Position numbers and translations under genes: made by a program. DNA of 64,000 nt from Hemiscyllium ocellatum (lineage: Eukaryota): the NCBI RefSeq assembly GCF_020745735.1, contig NC_083433.1:12907363-12971362 (forward strand). Direction: 5' to 3'. The notes under the pieces are model-generated. The model saw only the letters and a list, made by a program, of their open reading frames with translations, did not search any database and had not been told where the DNA came from. Shown piece by piece: positions 1 through 20,155 of the stretch (positions within the stretch are counted from its first letter, which is position 1; every line of letters starts with the position of its first letter).

Positions 1-29
1 CAAATTGAAGATTAACACCAACTGTACCT

Positions 30-235
30 AAACAAACACTGCCTTTGGACTTTTATTTATACTTCAGGAGTTGACCCGCAGTTTATTCAGCAGGAAATGA
101 CATCATCAGTGATGGCCAATCACTCTTGTTAGTCAATCCATCAGCTGCCATGTCCAATCAGCACAGGATGGGAATTGGATCCAGAAGCCAAACAGAATTG
201 ACAACTGGTTGATGATGTCATTGCTGATTGACTTT
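30..235 (-). promoter_or_regulatory. Core promoter of a fifth ferritin copy lying left of the window
   Basis: TATAAATA at 54..61 (minus strand), TGACATCA (CRE/AP-1-like) and two CCAAT motifs. Near-identical to the region just upstream of the ATG in copies 1-3. Confidence 0.7.
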
Positions 236-580
236 TGACCTGCTGCATAACTGCAAATTCTGGAAGTGCATCTACCTGAAAATGAAAATAAAACATACTC
301 TAAAATTTCACTATTGCATCTGAGGTTGTTTATTATAAAGACATGCTCAACACAGATTTGCAGAATTCTGTTTGTTCGTTCATCTGAGGGATTTGTCTTC
401 CTGTCTTTTGAACGGCAGTGTTGGGAGTCCATTGAAAAATGGCTAGATTTTGTTGATATTAAACTTTTGCCTATTGCTTGACAGTGACAGAAATAATGTG
501 CTTTTGGGTCCTAGTGCAGGCAACTTTGTGGATTCATTCTAAATCTGCTGTGACCTCTTTGACCTTGGGTCTCTGGAAGC

Positions 581-1383
581 CCAGTTTACAAACCAAAATG
601 CGAAATGTGCTGAGTGCCTCAGCCATGTAGTAGGCCTCAGGCCTCCATGTCTAAATTGCTGCTCAAAACCTATGGTACATTCAGCTTTTCTGTCTCCATG
701 TTCAATTTGTAATTGTTTCAAGAAGGACCAGCCCTCAACTCAAGGATGTTTCCAAGTGGGAGGATTCTGATTCTGGAAAGTCAGGAGTTGAGAAATTCAC
801 AACAGAATTCCCAGCCTCTGACTATTTCTCATCGCCGTGAATATTTATCAGGGTTGACCTCTAACCGTGGTTTCATGTGTAATATTCAAACTTGTAATTC
901 AATCCGACAAAATACGGCTAGACTGTAACCTGGTATTTGGGAAAGTTATTGGGTCAAAGTAACTTGTTTCCACCAATCCATCCGTCAAGGCTGTGATCAT
1001 ACCCTAACATTGAGTGGGGATCTTCAATCTCCAAACTCTCCCAGCCCACCATTCCACTGGAGGCTGCTCAGTTCAACACAATCAACATTAGGTTGAGACA
1101 CTTTCATGTCCATATCGCTGTGGGTATGGACCACATAGAGCTCGGAGACTAGTTTCTGAGCAGTACATTCTGCAGAATACAATGTAAACAGAACAATAAT
1201 CCTGCTAATTGGAAACATGCTCAAGTTGAGGGCTAGTTCTTCTTGAAACAAGTAAAAACTGAACATGGAGATAGAAAAGCTGAATGTACCATATGTTTCG
1301 AGCAGCAATTTAGACATGGAGGCCTGAGGCCTACTACATGGCTGAGGCACTCAGCACATTTAGTATTTTGGTTTATAAACTGG
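581..1383. repeat. Long inverted repeat (arms ~581..766 and ~1198..1383); also at 10606..11402, 20500..21296, 30523..31326
   Basis: Mirror-image ORFs 539..721(-) and 1243..1458(+) translate almost identically. Reverse-complement match confirmed by eye. Confidence 0.92.
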
Positions 1384-2778
1384 ACTATGTATATATTGTC
1401 GCATATGCAGTTTGGTTCTGTACAATTGCATATCAAAGAAACAAATATTGGAGTTTGACTCTATCCAACAAATCAAAGACTTCTCTTACTTGAACCAGAT
1501 TATATTTACATGCATTTGAGGCAGTGGAAAGATCCAATAACTGAATGGATCCTCATTAACCTTCAGCAGAAAGACTTCAGACAATGGTCTTTCCCCACAT
1601 GCCTCTCAGCGGCAGCTGCCCCAAGCTTCAGCGCGTCCCTCAGCACGTAGACCTGGACCTTGGAATGTGCCGGTCTGCAACACTCAGTCAGGGTCAACTA
1701 CTTGCTCTGGAAGACCAACCAAATTTTGGGTAAACCAAAGGGGGCCTTTCACTGAGTGGATAGTCCTCCAGGCGTAGTTAATGTTTGTCTTGATGTGTGA
1801 CCTGAGGAGCAGACCATAGAGCACAGAGTCCCACGTCATGGATCTGCTCAGGACGACACTCAACACACACCACTGCATCATCCTCCAGACTTCCTTTGCA
1901 AGGGCACATTCAGGAAGGAGATGTGGAACAGTCTCTATCCCCGGCAGCCGCTTCGCGGGCAGCGTTCGATGGCGCAGAGAGACCGGGCGTGCATGAGGAT
2001 TTCACAGGTAATACCCTTCTTACCACCAGCCAAGCGATGTCTTGGTGCTTGTTGGAAAGTTCTGGTGATGAGTCATTCTGCCAAAAGGCTTTAACAGACT
2101 GCTCAGGGGACAACCCGACAGGATCCACCCTCTCCTTTTCCCGAAGGGTCTCAAGGACACTACTTGCTGACCACCTCCTGGGGGACTTGTGGTCGAGACT
2201 GTTTTTTTTTAGAAATTTATCCACAAAGGGCAGGTGTTATGGAATGGTCAAACTAATTGGAGGGTTTCACGGCAATGAGGCCAGGCCCATGATTCCCAAC
2301 ACCAGGGACAGGTGGAACCTCAGTACGTAGTGACGCTTGGTATCTGCGTACCGGGATCTATACACAACTTGATGCAGCTGCACGCAAAGATGGCCATCAG
2401 AATAAGGGCAGTATGTTCCTCCCTCCCTCATCCAGAGTTTTGGGCATGGTGTCCCTAAGGACACGGAAGTCTACGATGGACCAGGTGAAGTGGAAGATGG
2501 CTTAGGTAACAGTGCAGTTTCAGGGAACAGGCCAGACCTGCATCACAGACAACAACACAGAGAGTGCCTCACAGCTGATGACCAGGATTTTACCGACAAT
2601 GGAGAGGGAGTGGTGTTCCCAAAGGCCCAGTTTCTCCCTCACCTTGGCGATGCGCTCCTCCCAAAATTTTGCACCCCCCACCACCACTCTGAATCGTACT
2701 CCCAGCACCTTCAGGTAATCTGTCCTGACGGTGAAGGGATAAATGATTAAGGATTGGTCAGCCCAGTTGCCAATTGAC
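1384..2778 (-). mobile_element. Degenerate Tx1/L1-clade LINE ORF2 3' fragment plus 3' UTR (also ~11403..12775, ~21297..22675, ~31327..32720)
   Basis: Frameshifted peptides FWEERIAKVREKLGLWEHHSLSIVGK, PELSNKHQDIAWLVVRRVLPV and HLLLEC (RT C-terminus / zinc-knuckle region). Same family as 42790..43735 and 46797..47700. Confidence 0.85.
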
Positions 2779-2817
2779 GTGGTTTTGCTCTTTGTCTCAA
2801 TTTATCTTGACTCCCGG

Positions 2818-3003
2818 GACCAAAGATAGCAGGCTGGGTGGATTGGCTGTGCCAAATTGCTGATAGCATCTAGGGATAGGTAGGCTAGGTGGATCAGCCT
2901 TGGGATATGGGGTATAGCATGGGTCTGAACAAGATGCTGTTCAGTTGATTGATGCAGACGCAATGGGCTGAATGGCCTCTTTCTGGACTGTAGGGATTCT
3001 ATC
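2818..3003 (+). mobile_element. 3' half of an old HE1/V-SINE (present in every unit)
   Basis: ccaaagat-gcagg...gtggattggc..gc-aaattgc...gggctgaatggcct...ctgtagggattctat. Confidence 0.7.
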
Positions 3004-3740
3004 AGCATGACTCAATGTTTGGTTAAAATAAAAGGATTTATGTGCTGGAATAAATGTTAAGTGCCTTAAAGTCTCACCCCCACCCTGAAGGTTGCAGAAT
3101 GCACTAGTTAAACAAAATTCACTGAAACAGTCACCAGGATGTCTCTGACAGCCCCCTCCCTAACCCATGATCCCTGGAACCTTGAAAGATAAATGACACA
3201 GCTGTACAGGAGAGTCAGTATCTCCAGGTTTTCTCTCCCAGTCACACCCACTCCCCAACATGGAGAGCAATCATTGCTCCTTCAACATCACTGGGTCAAA
3301 TCAAACTGCATCAGGAGAATCCTTCACCCCATGGGAAGCTAGGATCAGCTTGGACTGCAGACTTTAGCAGCAAGAGTAAATCAGATGGAAGCATCTAACC
3401 CTGAACATTGCTGTGTTATTCCCAGGTCACAGTCATCCTGCTCATTACAGCTGTAGGGGGCAATGCAGAGCACACATTATAATCCAATGCAGCTCAGGAG
3501 AGTACCTTGTGCTGACTCCCTAGAATTGTCCCCTGCTCTAGGCTGCCAGGCCTGAAGTTTATTTCGAAAAAACTAAAAGATTGGGGGACAATGGGGGAAG
3601 GCTGCCTGATTGTGTGACTGGGCAGTCTGCTAGGGAAAGTAAAATGAGGGATGCACACAGGTCAACTCATTTCTGGGAAAGTTGTCCCCCAGTGGGGATT
3701 GGCTCCTTGTTGTTCCAATAGGGGCATTTAAAATTCCCAG

Positions 3741-3898
3741 TGTAAAAACTGAGGTCTGCAGATTCTGGAGATCAGAGCTGAAAATGCGTTCATGGTTAAA
3801 GCACAGCAGGTCAGGCAGCATCCAAGGAACAGGGAATTCGACGTTTCGAGCATAAGCCCTTCATCAGGAATGCGCTTTAACCAGCGACACATTTTCAG
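3741..3898 (-). mobile_element. Non-autonomous Penelope terminal-repeat mini-element with hammerhead (3836..3871); present in unit 1 only
   Basis: Same 36-nt hammerhead as at 37488. Near-perfect 15-bp TSD atttaaa(a/g)ttcccag (3726..3740, 3899..3913). Short inverted tail. Empty site in units 2-4. Confidence 0.88.
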
Positions 3899-4037
3899 AT
3901 TTAAAGTTCCCAGCCAGAGCAGTACATTTGAGAGTAGGAGGGCATGAATACTCAGTGTGGCTAACTGCTGAAACAAGTTGAAGATCAGAGGGCCCAGTAC
4001 TGACCCTGATCAGAAATCCAACTGGCCCTCTAGAACC

Positions 4038-4326
4038 TTAGATTAGATTACTTACAGTGTGGAAACAGGCCATTTGGCCCAACAAGTCCACAGCGACCCG
4101 CTGAAGCACAACCCACCCATACCCCTACATTTACCCCTTAACTAATACTGAGCAATTTAGCATGGCCAATTCACCTGACCCGCACATCTTTGGACTGTGG
4201 GAGGAAACCCGCAGACACGGGGAGAACGTGCAAACGCCACAGTCAGTCGTCTGAGTCAGGAATTGAACCCAGGTCTCAGGCGCGGTGAGGCAGCAGTGCT
4301 AACCACTGTGCCACCATGCCGTCCAC
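4038..4326 (-). mobile_element. tRNA-derived HE1/V-SINE (orthologous copies 13883..14046, internally deleted, and 23784..24078; absent at ~33820)
   Basis: Reverse complement of GGCA-GGTGGCACAGTGGTTAGCACTGCTGCCTCAC...GGGTTCAATTCC (A/B boxes) with a (TCTAA)n tail. Confidence 0.9.
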
Positions 4327-4970
4327 AAAGCTAGGCCCACTGTCCAAGGAAGCCACAACACTTGGAATATAGTTGTTCTGGCACTCTGTTGGGAGCTATG
4401 CCAGAAATGTTGGGATTGTATCATTTCCAGGTTGGCTGGTTCCACAATCTGGACAGAAACCAGAGCCTGATGGACCGCACCTTAGTGGAGGTGAGCTGGT
4501 CATCAGTTTAGACTCAATTGAGATTTGTTGCTAAAAAGTTTAAATAAGTCATTGGCGGCTTAGGTAAGCTATTTGAAGGATGTCTGCACTTGACTGTTTG
4601 TGAAAGGAAGTTTCTGTATCACCTCAGTTTTCCTTAACCACAAATGTAGCTATTTAATTTTATCTGGACTTAAGCGTTCATTGTAGTACAAAAAGAGAAA
4701 TGGAAGACTGTCCACCCCTAGACTGTAATCCAACCTTACATTCTACAGAGGGGGTGGTGGAGGGCTGGCCTGACCTCATGGTTACTCCAGATCAGCACCT
4801 TCTGGAGATCCCAGTCCAGTTGGATGATGAGTGGGGTAGGGAAGAGGAAAAGAAACCCCAGTGAAAGTTTCATAACCTAGTTATTTGATCAGCCAAATTA
4901 CTCATTCCAAGCTCAAGACATCGACCAAAGCAAAGTATCAGTGGTCTGAATGATGGACAATCAGCAAGAT

Positions 4971-4976
4971 TTTAAT
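4971..4976 (-). terminator. Poly(A) signal ATTAAA, copy 1
   Basis: About 130 nt downstream of the stop, at the position equivalent to AATAAA in copies 2 and 3. Confidence 0.6.
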
Positions 4977-5108
4977 CATTTCCATTTCAGGTGGTACAGC
5001 CATTACATTCTTGCCAACATGCTCCTTCTCCCTGGGTGGGGGAAGCCAGATTGTCCAAGTGAAGTCAGTAATGCATTCAGACAAAAGCAGACAGTCCCCC
5101 AGGCCCCA

Positions 5109-9977
<4,869 letters not shown>

Positions 9978-10049
9978 TCTGTGATGAATACTACTTTAGC
10001 TTTCTCCCCAAATCCCAATCACAAATTGAAGATTAACACCAACTGTACC

Positions 10050-10256
10050 TAAACAAACACTGCCTTTGGACTTTTATTTATACTTCAGGAGTTGACCCTC
10101 AGTTTATTCAGCAGGAAATGACATCATCAGTGATGGCCAATCACTCTTGTTAGTCAATCCATCAGCTGCCATGTCCAATCAGCACAGGATGGGAATTGGA
10201 TCCAGAAGCCAAACAGAATTGACAACTGGTTGATGATGTCATTGCTGATTGACTTT
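10050..10256 (-). promoter_or_regulatory. Ferritin copy 1 core promoter
   Basis: TATAAATA at 10075..10082, about 100 nt upstream of the ATG, with TGACATCA and CCAAT motifs further upstream. Confidence 0.7.
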
Positions 10257-13200
10257 TGACTTGCTGCATAACTGCAAATTCTGGAAGTGCATCTACCTGA
10301 AAATGACAATAAAACATGCTCTAAAACTTGACTCTTGCATCTGAGGTTGTTTATTATAAAGACATGCTCAACACAGATCTGCAGAATTCTGTTTGTTCGT
10401 TTGTTCATCTGAGGAATTTGTCTTCCTGTCTTTTGAATGACAATGTTGGGAGTCCATTGAAAAATGGCTAGATTTTGTTGACATTAAACTTTTGCCTATT
10501 GCTTGACAGTGACAGAAATAATGTGCTTTTGGGTCCTAGTGCAGGCAACTTTGTGGATTCATTCTAAATCTGCTGTGACCTCTTTGACCTTGGGTCTCTG
10601 GAAGCCCAGTTTACAAACCAAAATGGTAAATGTGCTGAGTGCCTCAGCCATGTAGTAGGCCTCAGGCCTCCATGTCTAAATTGCTGCTCAAAACCTATGG
10701 TACATTCAGCTTTTCTGTCTCCATGTTCAGTTTGTAATTGTTTCAAGAAGGACCAGCCCTCAACTCAAGGATGTTTCCAAGTGGGAAGATTCTGGAAAGT
10801 CAGGAGTTGAGAAATTCACAACAGAATTCCCAGCCTCTGACTTATTCTCATCACCATGAATATTTATCAGAGTTGACCTCTAACCGCGGTTTCATGTGTA
10901 ATATTCAAACTTGTAATTCAATCCGACAAAATACGGCTAGACTGTAACCTGGTGTTTGGGAAAGTTATTGGGTCAAAGTAACTTGTTTCCACCAATCCAT
11001 CCGTCAAGGCTGTGATCATACCCTAACATTGAGTGGGGATCTTCAATCTCCAAACTCTCCCAGCCCACCATTCCACTGGAGGCTGCTCAGTTCAACACAA
11101 TCAACATTAGGTTGAGACACTTTGATGTCCATATCGCTGTGGGTATGGACCACATAGAGCTCGGAGACTAGTTTCTGAGCAGTACATTCTGCAGAATACA
11201 ATGTAATTAGAATAATAATCCCGCTATTTGGAAACATGCTCAAGTTGAGGGCTAGTTCTTCTTGAAACAAGTAAAAACTGAACATGGAGATAGAAAAGCT
11301 GAATGTACCATATGTTTCGAGCAGCAATTTAGACATGGAGGCCTGAGGCCTACTACATGGCTGAGGCACTCAGTACATTTAGTGTTTTGGTTTATAAACT
11401 GGACTATGCGTATATTGTCGCATATGCAGTTTGGTTCTGTACAATTGCATATCAAAGAAACAAATATTGGAGTTTGACTCTATCCAACAAATCAAAAAGT
11501 TCTCTTACTTGAACCAGATTATATTTACATGCATTTGAGGCAGTGGAAAGATCCAATAACTGAATGGATCCTCATTAACCTTCAACAGAAAGACTTCAGA
11601 CAATGGTCTTTCACCATATCCCCCTCAGCGGCAGCTGCCCCAAGCTTCAGCACGTCCCTCAGCACCTAGTCCTGAACCTTGGAATGTGCCGGTCTGCAAC
11701 ACTCAGTCGGGGTCAACTACTTGCTCTGGAAGACCAACCAAATTTTGGGTAAACCAAAGGGGGCCTTTCACTGAGTCGATGGTCCTCCAGGCGCAGTTGA
11801 TGTTTGTCTTGGCGTGCGTCGTGAGGAGCAGACCATAGAGCACAGAGTCCCACGTCATGGATCTGCTCAGGACGACTCTCAACACACACCACTGCATCAT
11901 CCTCCAGACTTCCTTTGCAAGGGCACATTCAGGAAGGAGATGTGGAACAGTCTCTATCCCCGGCAGCCGCTTTGCGGGCAGCGTTCGATGGCGCAGAGAG
12001 ACCGGTCGTGCATGAGGATTTCACAGGTAATACCCTTCTTACCACCAGCCAAGTGATGTCTTGGTGCTTGTTGGAAAGTTCTGGTGATGAGTCATTCTGC
12101 CAAAAGGCTTTAACAGACTGCTCAGGGGACAACCCGACAGGATCCACCCTCTCCTTTTCCCGAAGGGTCTCAAGGACACTACGTGCTGACCACCTCCTGG
12201 GGGATTTGTGGTCGAAAGTGTTTTTTTTTAAGAAATTTCTCCACAAAGGACAGGTGATATGGAATGGTCAAACTACTTGGAGGGTTTCAAGGCAATGAGG
12301 CTCGGCCTATGATTTGCAACACCAGGGACAGGTGGAACCTCAGTACGTAGTGACACTTGGTGTCTGCGTACCGGGGTCTATGCACAACTTGATGCAGCTG
12401 CACACAAAGATAGCCATCAGAATAAGGGCAGTATGTTCCTCCCTCCCTCATCCAGAGTTTTGGGCATGGTGTCCCTAAGGACACAGAAGTCTACGATGGA
12501 CCAGGGGAAGTGGAAGATGGCTCAGGTAACAGTGCAGTTTCAGGGAACAGGCCAGACCTGCATCACAGACAACAACACAGAGAGTGCCTCACAGCTGATG
12601 ACCAGGATTTTACCCACAATGGAGAGGGAGTGGTGCTCCCAAAGGCCCAGTTTCTGCCTCATCTTGGTGATGCGCTCCTCCCAAAATTTTGCACACACCC
12701 CTCTGAATCGTATTCCCAGCACCTTCAGTGAAGGGATAAAGGATTAAGGATTGGTCAGCCCAGTTGCCAATTAACATGGTTTTGCTCTTTGTCTCAATTT
12801 ACCTTGGCTCCCAGGACCAAAGATATCAGGCTGGGTGGATTGGCCGTGCTAAATTGCTGATAGCATTTAGGGATATGTAGGCTAGGTGGATTAGCCTTGG
12901 TATATGGGGGATAGCAGGAGTCTGAACAGGATGTTGTTCAGATGATTGATGCAGACTCAATGGGCTGAATGGCCTTTTTCTGGACTGCAGGAATTCTATC
13001 AGCATGACTTAAATCCTCTTATTTTAACCAAACATTGTGTGCTGGAATAAATGTTTAGTGCCTTAAAGTCTCACCCCTACCCTGAAGGTTGCAGTATGCA
13101 CTAGTTAAACAAAATGCACTGAAACAGTCACCAGGATGTCTGTGACAGCCCCCTCCCTAACCCATGATCCCTGAAACCTTGAACGATAAATGAAACAGCT

Positions 13201-14675
13201 GTACAGGAGAGTCAGTATCTCCAGGTTTTCTCTCCCAGTCATACCCACTCTCCAACATGGAGAGCAATCATTGCTCCTTCAACATCACTGGGTCAAATCA
13301 AACTGCATCAGGAGAATCCTTCAGCCCATGGGAAGCTGGGAGGAAGCTTGGATTGCAAACTGCTGACTTTAGCAGCAAGAGTAAATCAGATGGAAGCATC
13401 TAACCTCAAGCATTGCTGTTATTCCCAGATCACAGTCATCCTGCTCATTTCAGCTGTAGGGGGCAATGCAGAACACACATTATACTCCAATGCAGCTCAG
13501 GAGAGTTCCTTGAGCTGACTCCCTGGAATGTCAGGTGATTTTCCCCTGCTCTGGGCTGGCTGGCATGAAGTTTTGTTTTTTAAAAAAAAAAAGCTAGGTT
13601 GGGGGCAGTGGGGATGGTGGCCTGATTGTGTGACTGGGTAGTCTGCTAGGGAAAGTAAAATGAGGAATGCACACAGGACAACTCATTTCTGGAAAAGTTG
13701 CACCCCCCAGTGTGGATTGGCTCCTTGTTGTTCCAATTGGGGCATTGAAAGTTCCCAGCCAGAGCAGTACATTTGAGATTAGGAGGGCATGAATGGTCAG
13801 TGTGGCTAACTGCTGACACAAGGTGAAGATCAAAGGGCCCTGTATTGACCCTCTTCAGAAACCCAACTGGCCCTCTAGAGCCTTAGATTAGATTACTTAC
13901 AGTGTGGAAACAGGCCCTTCAGCCCAACACGTCCACACCAACCCACCGAAACCACTGGTCGGTCGGTCGCCTGAGTCGGGAATTGAACCCGGGTCGCAGG
14001 TGCTGTGAGGCAGCAGTGCTAACCACTATGCCACCATGCTGCCGACAAAGCTAGGCCCACTGCTTGGGATATAGTGGTTCTGGCACTCTATTGGCAGCTA
14101 TGCAAGAAACATTGGGATTGTATCATTTCCAGGTTGGCTGGTTCCACAATCTGGACAGAAACCAGAGCCTGGTGGACCGCACCTTAGTGGAGGTGATCAG
14201 GTCATCAGTTCAGCAATAAATATCAATTGAGTCTAAAGTGAAAATAAGTCATTGGAGGTTTAGGTAAGCTATTTGAAGGATGTCTGCACTTGACTGTTTG
14301 TGAAAGGATGTTTCTGTATCACCTCAGTTTTCCTTCACCACAAATGTAGCTATTAAGTCCAGAGAAAAAAAATAAAGTGTTAATTGTAGTACAGAAGAAA
14401 GGAATGAAGACTGTCCACCCCTAGACTGTAATCCAACCTTACACATTCTACAGAGGGGGTGGTGCAGGGCTGGCCTGGCCTCATGGTTACTCCAGAGCAG
14501 CACCTTCTGGAGATCCCAGTCCAGTTGGATGATGAGTGGGGTAGGGAAGAGGAAAAGAAAACCCAGTGAAAGTTTCATAACCTAGTTATTTGATCAGCCA
14601 AATTACTCATTCCAAGCTCAAGAGATCTACCAAAGCAAAGTATCAGTGGTCTGAATGATGGACAATCAGCAAGAT

Positions 14676-14681
14676 TTTATT
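14676..14681 (-). terminator. Poly(A) signal AATAAA, copy 2
   Basis: tttatt on the + strand about 130 nt past the stop codon. Confidence 0.7.
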
Positions 14682-14811
14682 CATTTCCATTTCAGGTGGT
14701 ACAGCCATTACATTCTTGCCAACATGCTCCTTCTCCCTGGGAGGGGGAAGCCAGATTGTCCAAGTGAAGTCAGTAATGCATTCAGACAAAAGCAGAGTCC
14801 CCCAGGCCCCA

Positions 14812-19875
<5,064 letters not shown>

Positions 19876-19949
19876 TCTGTGATGAATGCTGCTTTAACTT
19901 TCTCCCCAAATCTCAATCACAAATTGAAGATTAATACCAACTTGTACCT

Positions 19950-20155
19950 AAACAAACCTTGCCTTTGGACTTTTATTTATACTTCAGGAGTTGACCCTCA
20001 GTTTATTCAGCAGGAAATGACATCATCAGTGATGGCCAATCACTCTTGTTAGTCAATCCATCAGCTGCCATGTCCAATCAGCACAGGATGGGAATTGGAT
20101 CCAGAAGCCAAACAGAATTGACAACTGGTTGATGATGTCATTGCTGATTGACTTT
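19950..20155 (-). promoter_or_regulatory. Ferritin copy 2 core promoter
   Basis: TATAAATA at 19974..19981 with the same upstream motifs. Confidence 0.7.

Noticed and set aside
605-625. tgctgagtgc as a Maf/Nrf2 antioxidant response element
   Set aside because: Only a half site. It lacks the TCA needed for TGCTGAGTCA.
539-1458. Repeated small ORFs (MKQ..EHGDRKAECT...) on both strands in every unit
   Set aside because: By-product of the inverted repeat and tandem duplication. They use non-ATG starts and have no splice context or recognisable domain.
10050-10070. CAGTGT as a functional IRE
   Set aside because: Weak, mismatched stem, probably upstream of the TSS, and not conserved between copies.
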